Source: Oscillospiraceae bacterium (GTDB lineage: Bacteria > Bacillota > Clostridia > Oscillospirales > QAMX01). Taken from it: 64,000 bases of DNA. Location: positions 7,594-71,593 of the forward strand of contig SVMB01000003.1 of assembly GCA_015067675.1 (NCBI GenBank), in the 5' to 3' direction. The position numbers and the translations under genes are program-made. The notes beneath the pieces are model-generated. The model saw only the letters and a program-made list of their open reading frames with translations, had not been told where the DNA came from and made no database searches. Numbering within the stretch: the stretch's first letter is position 1; each line of letters begins with the position of its first letter. Positions 9,092 to 17,413 of the stretch are shown here, in pieces.

Positions 9092-11626
9092 TTATGCGGT
9101 CTCGATGGCGTTGGCAGCCTGGAGATTCAGCTTCTTCACCGCGTCCTCGCGCATCTTGTACTTGAGGATCTTGCCGGCGGCGTTCATCGGGAAGCCGTCC
9201 ACAAAGTCCACGTAGCGGGGGCACTTATGCTTGGCCATATTGGCAAGGCAGAAGGCCTTCACGTCTTCCTCGGTCAGGGTCTCGCCGGGAGAGGTCACGA
9301 TGCAGGCCATGATCTCTTCGCCGTACTGTTTATCCGGCACGCCGATGACCTGAACGTCCTCGATCTTGGGATGGGTGTAGAGGAAGTCCTCGATCTCCTT
9401 GGGGTAGATATTCTCGCCGCCGCGGATAATCATGTCCTTGATGCGGCCGGTGATCTTGAAGTTGCCGTCGGGCAGGCGGCGGGCCAGGTCGCCGGTATGC
9501 AGCCAGCCGTCCTTATCGATGGCGGCGGCAGTGGCCTCGGGCATCTTATAATAGCCCTTCATGATATTATAACCGCGGGCGCAGAACTCGCCGTCCACGT
9601 TATCCGGGCAGTCCTCGCCGGTCTCGGGATTGACAATCTTACACTCGACGCCGTAGAAAGCACGGCCGACGGTGTTGACGCGGGTCTCGATGGAGTCATC
9701 GGTGGAGCTCTGGGTACAGCCGGGGCTTGCCTCGGTCTGACCGTAGACGATGGTGATCTCCTTCATGTTCATCTTCTCGATGACCTCCTCCATGACCTTG
9801 ACGGGGCAGGGAGAACCGGCCATGATACCGGTACGCATGTGGGAGAAGTCGGTCTTTGCAAAGTCCTCATGACCCAGCATGGCGATGAACATGGTGGGAA
9901 CGCCGTGGAAACAGGTGATCTTCTCCATGTTGATGCACTTGAGGCCCTTTCTGGGAGAGAAGGCCGGGATCGGGCTCATGGTAACACCGTGGGTCATGGA
10001 CGCGGTCATCGCCAGCACCATGCCGAAGCAGTGGAACATCGGCACCTGGATCATCATGCGGTCCTCGGTGGACAGATCCATGCGGTCGCCGATGGACTTA
10101 CCGTCGTTGACGATGTTATAGTGGGTCAGCATAACGCCCTTGGGGAAGCCGGTGGTGCCGGAGGTGTACTGCATATTGCAGACATCGTGCTTATTGAGCA
10201 TGGCGGCGCGGCGGTGGACAACCTCAACGGGAGTCTTTTCGGCCTGGGTCAGCGCCTCTTCCCAACTCCAGCAGCCCTTCTGCTTGGACTCGCAGGTGAT
10301 GACGTTGCGCAGGAACGGCAGCTTACGGCTGTGGATGGGCTTGAGTTCCTCGTTATTCTCAAGCTCCGGCACCAGCTGGCGGATGATTTCCACGTAATTG
10401 GAATCCTTATAGCCGTCAACCATAACCAGCGTATGGGTATCGGACTGGCGCAGGAGGTACTCGGCCTCGTGAATCTTATAAGCGGTATTGACGGTGACCA
10501 GAACCGCGCCGATCTTAACGGCAGCCCAGAAGGTGATATACCACTGGGGCACGTTGGTGGCCCAGATAGCCACGTGGTCGCCCTGCTTGACGCCCATGGA
10601 GATCAGCGCACGGGCAAAGGTATCCACGTCTTCGCGGAACTCGGGGTAGGTTCTGGTATAGTCGCACTCGGTATAACGGAAGGCATACTGATCCGGGAAT
10701 TCCTCGCAGATACGGTCAAGCACCTGGGGGAAGGTCAGGTCGATGATGGTCTCCTTGGGCCAGACATACTGACCGTTGCCGCGCTGGCTCAGATACAGGC
10801 GGTTGGAGGCAGCGTCATTACCCAGATACTGGGACATGAAGTGGACATAATGCGGGAACACGATACCGGCCTCGGTCAGCTCCGGAGCGTACTGCTTGAG
10901 CCATTCCAGAGAGATATAGCCCTCATAATTGAGCGAACGCAGAGCCTTCATGTACTCGGCCATCTTGGGCAGGTCACCCTCGCCCACGAGGCGGTACTCG
11001 ACCTTACCGTCCACGACGACGGAATCCTTGATATGGCAGTGCTTGATGAAGGCGCCGAGGTTTTTGATAGTGGTCTCGGGAGACTCATTATTAAAGCGGT
11101 AGGGATGGTTCCAGTCCCACAGCGCGGCGACGGCATCGCTGCCGATGCGGGCGAGGACATCCGCCAGACGGGCGGTATCGGAATAGACGCCGTTGGTCTC
11201 GATGAGCAGGGTGACTCCGGCTTCCTCAGCGATGGGAGCCAGAATCTGCATGGGCTCGATGACGTTCTCGTCCGGGAAATCATCCTGAGGCTCCACGGTC
11301 TGATCGCCCAGCACACGGATATAGGGCACGTCCAGAGCCTTGGCCACGGCGATGTATTCTTTCAGTTCTTCAATGGATTCTTCATGCTTATCGGCATAGC
11401 GCAGTGCGCAGCCGGAGGACAGGCAGCAAATCTCAAGCTTCATGCGTTTGAGGGTAGCACGGGTATCTTCCAGATTCTCCGGACGGAAAGGAGAAGCGTT
11501 AATCGAGAAGTTTTCATTACCAAGACCGCGCACCTCGATGCCGTGGAAACCAAAGTCTTTAGCCAGGGAGTAAATCTCGGTCCAGGAGTAATCGGGGCAG
11601 CCCAGGGTGGAGAATGACAGTTTCAT
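9092..11626 (-). CDS. Fusion: xylose-isomerase-like TIM barrel (AP_endonuc_2) + AMP-forming acyl-CoA synthetase
   Basis: Start MKLSFSTLGCPD; barrel ligands IETNG, WDWNH, HIKD, SLEW; ANL motifs YTSGTTGFPKG, YGQTE, WLHTGD, GRIKDMIIRGGENIYP, GKILK. Confidence 0.92.
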   Translation of the reverse strand: MKLSFSTLGCPDYSWTEIYSLAKDFGFHGIEVRGLGNENFSINASPFRPENLEDTRATLKRMKLEICCLSSGCALRYADKHEESIEELKEYIAVAKALDVPYIRVLGDQTVEPQDDFPDENVIEPMQILAPIAEEAGVTLLIETNGVYSDTARLADVLARIGSDAVAALWDWNHPYRFNNESPETTIKNLGAFIKHCHIKDSVVVDGKVEYRLVGEGDLPKMAEYMKALRSLNYEGYISLEWLKQYAPELTEAGIVFPHYVHFMSQYLGNDAASNRLYLSQRGNGQYVWPKETIIDLTFPQVLDRICEEFPDQYAFRYTECDYTRTYPEFREDVDTFARALISMGVKQGDHVAIWATNVPQWYITFWAAVKIGAVLVTVNTAYKIHEAEYLLRQSDTHTLVMVDGYKDSNYVEIIRQLVPELENNEELKPIHSRKLPFLRNVITCESKQKGCWSWEEALTQAEKTPVEVVHRRAAMLNKHDVCNMQYTSGTTGFPKGVMLTHYNIVNDGKSIGDRMDLSTEDRMMIQVPMFHCFGMVLAMTASMTHGVTMSPIPAFSPRKGLKCINMEKITCFHGVPTMFIAMLGHEDFAKTDFSHMRTGIMAGSPCPVKVMEEVIEKMNMKEITIVYGQTEASPGCTQSSTDDSIETRVNTVGRAFYGVECKIVNPETGEDCPDNVDGEFCARGYNIMKGYYKMPEATAAAIDKDGWLHTGDLARRLPDGNFKITGRIKDMIIRGGENIYPKEIEDFLYTHPKIEDVQVIGVPDKQYGEEIMACIVTSPGETLTEEDVKAFCLANMAKHKCPRYVDFVDGFPMNAAGKILKYKMREDAVKKLNLQAANAIETA

Positions 11627-11676
11627 GTTGTTGTTTCCTTTCTCACATTGCAGAGACAGGCGCGGTGTTTTGACAA

Positions 11677-11953
11677 TAAAAAACGCCTTCGTCTCCCTAT
11701 TCTGCAAGAGACGAAAGCATCAGCTTCCGCGGTACCACTCTTATTGGTATCGTCACGATACCCACTCCGGCATCTCAAATAACTTCAATGCCTTCCTTTG
11801 ATAACGGGGGGAACCCCGTCCGAACCTACACAGCAGGATGCTTTCAGCCGGCCGCTCAGAGGAGAGTGGAACAAGTTGTGCACGCTGTCTTACACCGACC
11901 GACAGCTCTCTGTGCCGCGCAAATCTTCTTCCTTTGCCTCTTCAACGCATTTC
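11677..11953 (-). ncRNA. T-box riboswitch leader, probable Leu (CUC) specifier
   Basis: Stem I with GA motif, AGAGAG bulge and GGUGUAA loop; CCGUUA stem IIA/B; AAUAAGAG-UGGUACC-GCG...CGUCUCUU antiterminator; overlapping terminator ending GGAGACGAAGGCG-U6. Confidence 0.92.
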
Positions 11954-11961
11954 TGTCCTTT

Positions 11962-11990
11962 AGTATAGCAAATCGCGTCTGTTTTGTCAA
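11962..11990 (-). promoter_or_regulatory. sigmaA promoter for the T-box leader
   Basis: TTGACA-N17-TATACT with extended TG on minus strand. Confidence 0.85.
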
Positions 11991-12165
11991 TAAACTGATT
12001 TCGTCAATGGTCATAAAATTTTTTCTGCGAGTCAGACTATTTTCTAACGCTTTGAAAAAAACCTAATTGCCGTTTTCAACGTCAAATCACTTGTATTTTT
12101 CTTTTGAAAACGCTACAATATAACTGTAAACACCGATACTGCCCTCAGAAAGGAGCGATCCGACC

Positions 12166-12864
12166 TTGACTCTTCTCGAAGCCGTCTACACCCGCCGTTC
12201 CCGCCGCAGTTTTCTCAAAACCTCCCTTCCCGACAAGCATCGTCAGGAGCTGCTGCGGCAGATTGCACTGCTCAACCTGGAATACGATCTTCACATACAG
12301 CTTATTGAAAACGCTGCCCCCGTATTTGCCGGATTCCGGGCAAGCTACGGCATGTTTCAGAATGTCGAGCACTTCATTGCCCTCATCGGTCGGCGTTCGG
12401 ATCCTCTTTTAAAGCGCAAGCTGGGCTACTGCGGCGAACGTCTGGTACTGGAAGCCACCCGCATGGAGCTTGGTACCTGCTGGGTCGGCGGTACTTTTGA
12501 CCGCAGCCGCTGCCCCTGTCAGCTAAAAGCCGACGAGCAGCTCTGTCTGGTCATTGCCATCGGGCAGGTCAGTCCCATGGAGGGCCGCCGTGAGTCGCTG
12601 ATTCACAACCTGACCGCACGCAAGACAAAGCCTCTGGAAGCGCTCTACACCTCCGACGTTGAGCCGCCGGAGTGGTTCCTCGACGGCATCCGCGCCGTAC
12701 AGCGTGCGCCCTCGGCGATGAACCGGCAGCCGGTGCAGTTCCGTTTGAAGGAAGGCCGGATCACGGTGGGCGTACAGGCCATTTCCCCCTTCGCCGAGAT
12801 TGATTTGGGCATTGCGTTATTACATTTTGAACTGGGCGCCAACAGAAAGATCAATCTCATGTAA
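12166..12864 (+). CDS. Nitroreductase family protein
   Basis: RRSRRSF, LGTCWVGG, APSAMNRQP, IDLGIA..HFEL. Confidence 0.9.
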   Translation: MTLLEAVYTRRSRRSFLKTSLPDKHRQELLRQIALLNLEYDLHIQLIENAAPVFAGFRASYGMFQNVEHFIALIGRRSDPLLKRKLGYCGERLVLEATRMELGTCWVGGTFDRSRCPCQLKADEQLCLVIAIGQVSPMEGRRESLIHNLTARKTKPLEALYTSDVEPPEWFLDGIRAVQRAPSAMNRQPVQFRLKEGRITVGVQAISPFAEIDLGIALLHFELGANRKINLM

Positions 12865-12880
12865 GGCAGTCACATTTCAG

Positions 12881-12950
12881 GCGGGTACCACAGTGTGGTA
12901 CCCGCTTTTGTTGTATAAGAAAACCCGGAGAGCGGCTGCTCTCCGGGTTC
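12881..12950. terminator. Two back-to-back terminators for convergent genes
   Basis: GCGGGTACCAC..GTGGTACCCGC-TTTT and AAAA-CCCGGAGAGC..GCTCTCCGGG. Confidence 0.75.
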
Positions 12951-12957
12951 TTCATAC

Positions 12958-13509
12958 CTATTCTGTCACGATTTCGTTCTCTTTTGAAAACGTGCGGATT
13001 TTTCCCTCCCGTTCGCGGTAATCCGGCAGGATTTTTTTAACCTCGCGCCAGAAGGCCGCGCTGTGGTTATGCTGTAGGATATGGCAGAGCTCATGCACGA
13101 CCACGTACTCCCGGCACTCCGGCGGCAGGAGCATCGTACGCCATGAAAAGCTCAAAGCATTTTTCCCGCTGCAGCTTCCCCACCGGGTCCGGGCTCCCGT
13201 GATTGTGAACCGGGTATAAGCAACGCCCATCCGGGCGGCGTACACCGCAAGTATCCCGGAAAGCTCCCGTCTCGCGGTCTCTCTGAGCCTTGCTTCCTCC
13301 ACCGCGGTAACGGTAATCGTCCTGCGTCCGGCATTGAGCTCCCGCCTGCGGGCGAGATGGCTCTCAATCCACGCCTCATGGCGGCTGACAAAGTCATCAA
13401 TCGCGGTCTTTGCAAGCCGTTTCGGCGCACGAACAATCACATTGAGATCCTCATCGATGCATAGGCTGACGGTCTTTCGATCCGACCGGATAAGCCTGTA
13501 GGTTCTCAC
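12958..13509 (-). CDS. YgjP/SprT-like (DUF45) zinc metallohydrolase
   Basis: RWGSCS, YVVVHELCH, NHSAAFW. Confidence 0.9.
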   Translation of the reverse strand: MRTYRLIRSDRKTVSLCIDEDLNVIVRAPKRLAKTAIDDFVSRHEAWIESHLARRRELNAGRRTITVTAVEEARLRETARRELSGILAVYAARMGVAYTRFTITGARTRWGSCSGKNALSFSWRTMLLPPECREYVVVHELCHILQHNHSAAFWREVKKILPDYREREGKIRTFSKENEIVTE

Positions 13510-14366
13510 CGGATCGCGCCGCCGAGGACGGCGGTCTTATTGGGGGAGCTGCGCTGACCGAGGACAGGTGCGCGGCGCTCGATGGCAGCCAGGGCGATCT
13601 CCACGTCCTCATGGACCTCATTGGGTGCGTAAGCGCCGACGGTGACCATATCGCAGTCGCGGATGGTGGCGTAATTGAAGGTGATACCAACGAAGGGCGT
13701 GACGCGGCCGGCAGCCATGCTCTTGATGGTCATGACAGGCTTCTTGGCATTATGGATGATGCGGTGTACGCTCTCGACCTCGACCTGCATGAGGAAACCC
13801 ATACAGTTATAGATCTGGATATAGGTATCCACATCGTAGTCATTGGCATCGGAATAGAGTACAAGCTCCGGCATATGGGCAGAAAGACCAGTGCGCATAC
13901 CGGCCTCGCGCATCATATAGAGGTAATCGGGCAGGCGGTTCATGGTGCCGTCCAGCTTGGACACAAGCTTCTCGGCAGAGCCGTGATGCAGCAGGCAGAA
14001 ATCAGAGCCCAGTCTGGCGGATTCCTTAATCTGCGCCTCGGCAATCGCATAGGCCTCGCGGGTATTGGACATATCACGGATGATGGGGGTATCGATCATG
14101 ATGATCTTCTGGCCGCGGCGTTCCTGCACGTTGCGGATGGCGGTCATCAGAGGGGTATCCTCCTTAAAAGGCGCCATCATGGCATCGATACCGTAATCGA
14201 GGTAGGCTTCCAGAATCGCCTCGATCTGGGCGGGATCGGCATGGCGGTCACGGATCATCTGATCGGCAGAGCTGGTACGATGGCTATAGCCGAGAATCCA
14301 GTTGGATCCGATGAGCATACGGGGCAGAGACATGCCGCCGACGGTGGTACGTGGGAATTTAGTCAT
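13506..14366 (-). CDS. Conserved hypothetical protein, aldo/keto-reductase-like barrel
   Basis: LPRMLIGSN, GLSAHMP, KPVMTIKSMAAGR; strong codon bias. Confidence 0.6.
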   Translation of the reverse strand: MTKFPRTTVGGMSLPRMLIGSNWILGYSHRTSSADQMIRDRHADPAQIEAILEAYLDYGIDAMMAPFKEDTPLMTAIRNVQERRGQKIIMIDTPIIRDMSNTREAYAIAEAQIKESARLGSDFCLLHHGSAEKLVSKLDGTMNRLPDYLYMMREAGMRTGLSAHMPELVLYSDANDYDVDTYIQIYNCMGFLMQVEVESVHRIIHNAKKPVMTIKSMAAGRVTPFVGITFNYATIRDCDMVTVGAYAPNEVHEDVEIALAAIERRAPVLGQRSSPNKTAVLGGAIR

Positions 14367-14436
14367 AACAATTCAACCTTTCATGATAAAATGGAGGTTC
14401 GTTGACATTAAAAACGATGAAATGGTACGGCTTCTG

Positions 14437-15816
14437 TCATGCCTCGGCGGCCCGATTTTCGCTCAAGGCAGCCTTTTTTACGAGCCGTTTGTGTACAAAC
14501 AGATAACAGATAAAGTGAACGCCGGAGGTCAGCACCCAGGACACGGGATAGGACACATACAGCACCATCAGAGAGTGATACTGGGCAAAAATCGTGTAAA
14601 TATAGATGATTCTGAACACGCAGGCGCCCATCAGCGACACGATCATCGGCACAACCGAGGTTCCCATGCCGCGCATGCAGCCTACCAGCACCTCCATCAC
14701 GCCGCACATGAAGTACGACAGGCCGAATACCAGCATTCGCTGCAGGCCAACGGCGATTACATCCGGATTCGGGTCATAGATCGACAGCAGCGTTCCGCCG
14801 AAAGCATACATCACCATGCCCAGCACAAAGCCGATCACCGTTACGGTCAGGCAGCAGGTCGCGGTGATCTTATGCAGGCGGTCATAGCGCTTAGCACCCA
14901 CGTTCTGGCCGGTGAAGGTGATTGCGCCCTGATAGACCGAGTTCTGCGCGGTATACACGAAACCTTCGATATTGGACGCTGCGGCGTTGCCCGCCATGGC
15001 GATACTGCCAAAGGAGTTGACCGAGGACTGAATCAGGATATTCGAAATCGAGAACAGCGCGCCCTGCACACCCGCGGGCAGACCGATGCGTATGACCTGT
15101 CCCATGATCTTCATATCGATGCGCAGCTCCCGCAGGTCAAGCTTGAACACGCCCTCCGAGCGCATCAGGCAGATCACAACCAGCGTCGCCGAGATGACCT
15201 GCGAGATAATCGTCGCCAGCGCAACACCCGCTACGCTCATATCAAAACCAACTACAAACCAAAGGTTGAGAAGCACGTTCACAAGACCCGAAAACGTCAG
15301 GAAGTACAGCGGTCTCTTCGTATCGCCCACCGCGCGCAGCACGGCAGAGCCGAAGTTATAGGTCATATTGGCGGGCATACCCAGAAACAGGATGCGCAGA
15401 TAGACTTCCGCCAGCGGCAGCACGTCCTCCGGACAGTCCATGAGAACCAGCAGCGGCTTTGAGGTGAACAGGCCGATGATCATGACCAGAATGCCGCCCA
15501 GAAAACCCAGCAGCACCGACGTATGCACAGCCCTGTGCACGCCTTTTCCGTCCTGCGCGCCGTAATACTGCGCGACCACAACGCCGGTACCCACCGACAG
15601 GCCGATGAAGATATTGATCGTCAGGTTCACCAGCGCGCCGTTGGAGCCCACCGCCGCCAGAGCCGTCGAGCCGCAGAAGCGTCCCACCACGATAACGTCG
15701 GCTGCGTTATACAGCAGCTGCAGCATACCCGAAAGCGCCAGCGGGATACAGAATCTGAGCAGTTTCGGCAGGATCGCGCCGTTTACCATGTCGATTTCGT
15801 ACTTACGTTTTGCCAT
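14437..15816 (-). CDS. MATE family efflux transporter
   Basis: About 12 TM; LQLLYNAADVIVVG, RAVGDTKRP, GVAGVALAT-like motifs. Confidence 0.95.
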   Translation of the reverse strand: MAKRKYEIDMVNGAILPKLLRFCIPLALSGMLQLLYNAADVIVVGRFCGSTALAAVGSNGALVNLTINIFIGLSVGTGVVVAQYYGAQDGKGVHRAVHTSVLLGFLGGILVMIIGLFTSKPLLVLMDCPEDVLPLAEVYLRILFLGMPANMTYNFGSAVLRAVGDTKRPLYFLTFSGLVNVLLNLWFVVGFDMSVAGVALATIISQVISATLVVICLMRSEGVFKLDLRELRIDMKIMGQVIRIGLPAGVQGALFSISNILIQSSVNSFGSIAMAGNAAASNIEGFVYTAQNSVYQGAITFTGQNVGAKRYDRLHKITATCCLTVTVIGFVLGMVMYAFGGTLLSIYDPNPDVIAVGLQRMLVFGLSYFMCGVMEVLVGCMRGMGTSVVPMIVSLMGACVFRIIYIYTIFAQYHSLMVLYVSYPVSWVLTSGVHFICYLFVHKRLVKKAALSENRAAEA

Positions 15817-15867
15817 TTGGTTTCAAGACTTCCTTTCGTTGATGAATGCGGGATAATATCAGCGCTC

Positions 15868-17241
15868 TCAGGCCGCTTCCTGCTGCCCTGCCTTTTCCAG
15901 CAGCTTCCTCTTCACGTGCAGATAACAGAAGAAGTGCACGATACCCGTCAGGATCCATGTCACCGGATAGGAGCTGTAGAGCACCATCGGCGTGTGGAAC
16001 GCCGCGAAGATCGTATAAATCCACACGATGCGCAGGCCGCAGACTCCCACCAGCGTCACCACCATCGGCAGCATCGACGAGCCCATGCCGCGCATACAGC
16101 CCACGAACACTTCCATGATACCGTTGAGGAAGTAGGTACAGCCGAAAACAAAGAGGCGGATCATGCCAAACTCGATGACCTCGGGATTGGGATCGTAGAT
16201 TGCCAGCAGCTGCCGGCCAAAGCCAAAGGTTAAAAGTCCCAAGCCCAGACCGATCACCGTGACGACCACGCAAGCCGTACGGCAGATGCGGCTGATGCGG
16301 TCGTACTGCCTGGCGCCCACGTTCTGGCTGGTGAAGGTGATCGAGCCCTGATAGACCGAGTTCTTCGCGTTATAGATGAAGCCGTCCAGATTCTGCGCCG
16401 CGGCGTTGCCCGCCATGGCAAGGGTACCAAAGGAATTGATCGAGGTCTGGATGATCATGTTGGACAGGGAGAACATCACACTCTGGGCGCCTGCGGGCAG
16501 ACCCAGACGTACAAACTGCTTGAGAATCGACACGTCCATGCGAAGCTCCGAGGGCATCAGGCGGATATCGCTGTCGGAGTGCATCAGGCAGCGCACCACG
16601 CGGAAGGCCGATATGTACTGGGAGATGATCGTCGCAAGGGCCACGCCTGCCACGCTCATGTCAAGCACCGTAACGAAGATGAGGTTCAAAACCACGTTGA
16701 TCAGACCCGAAACCGAGAGGATATACAGCGAGCGTTTGGTATCGCCCACCGCACGGAGGATCGATGCGCCGAAGTTATAGGTCATCTGGGCGGGCATGCC
16801 CAGAAAGATGATGCGCAGGTAGAGCTTTGCCAGCGGCAGCACGTCCTCTGGTACGCCCATCACGTGTTCCAGCATCCAGCCGGAGATGGTGAGACCCACC
16901 ACCATCACGAACAGGCCCGCCATCACGCCCAGCAGCATCGCAGTATGCACCGACCGGCGGATTTTTTCTGAATCCTTCGCGCCGTAGAACCTTGCCGTCA
17001 CGATGCCGGTACCCACCGACAGTCCGATGAATAGGTTGACCAGGAGGTTCACAAGCGAGCCGTTGGAGCCCACCGCCGCCAGAGCCGTCGAGCCGCAGAA
17101 TCGTCCTACCACGATAACGTCGGCTGCGTTATACAGCAGCTGCAGCATGCCGGACAGGGCAAGCGGGATACAGAATTTCAGGAGCTTCGGCAGGATCGCG
17201 CCGGTGGTCAGATCCATTTCGTACTTACGGCTGGAAGCCAT
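15868..17241 (-). CDS. MATE family efflux transporter (tandem paralog)
   Basis: Same motifs; start MASSRKYEMD after AAAGGA. Confidence 0.95.
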   Translation of the reverse strand: MASSRKYEMDLTTGAILPKLLKFCIPLALSGMLQLLYNAADVIVVGRFCGSTALAAVGSNGSLVNLLVNLFIGLSVGTGIVTARFYGAKDSEKIRRSVHTAMLLGVMAGLFVMVVGLTISGWMLEHVMGVPEDVLPLAKLYLRIIFLGMPAQMTYNFGASILRAVGDTKRSLYILSVSGLINVVLNLIFVTVLDMSVAGVALATIISQYISAFRVVRCLMHSDSDIRLMPSELRMDVSILKQFVRLGLPAGAQSVMFSLSNMIIQTSINSFGTLAMAGNAAAQNLDGFIYNAKNSVYQGSITFTSQNVGARQYDRISRICRTACVVVTVIGLGLGLLTFGFGRQLLAIYDPNPEVIEFGMIRLFVFGCTYFLNGIMEVFVGCMRGMGSSMLPMVVTLVGVCGLRIVWIYTIFAAFHTPMVLYSSYPVTWILTGIVHFFCYLHVKRKLLEKAGQQEAA

Positions 17242-17345
17242 GTTGACATCGATTCCTTTCATTTTTTCACGTATTTTGACGCATTTTGACATACAGATAT
17301 AGTTTACTCCATGATTTTGAACTGTCTATGTCTCTCACACTATGC

Positions 17346-17379
17346 AAAAAGCCGGAACACTATGTGTTCCGGCTCTTTC
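17346..17379 (-). terminator. Intrinsic terminator
   Basis: AAAAA-GCCGGAACAC-TAT-GTGTTCCGGC. Confidence 0.75.
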
Positions 17380-17413
17380 TGTCTGTCACTAACTGCTAAT
17401 TTCCTCTGTTTTC

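Noticed and set aside
8756-11617. 953-aa ORF on + strand
   Set aside because: Antisense shadow of the strongly codon-biased acyl-CoA ligase gene; no RBS, no motifs, typical antisense composition
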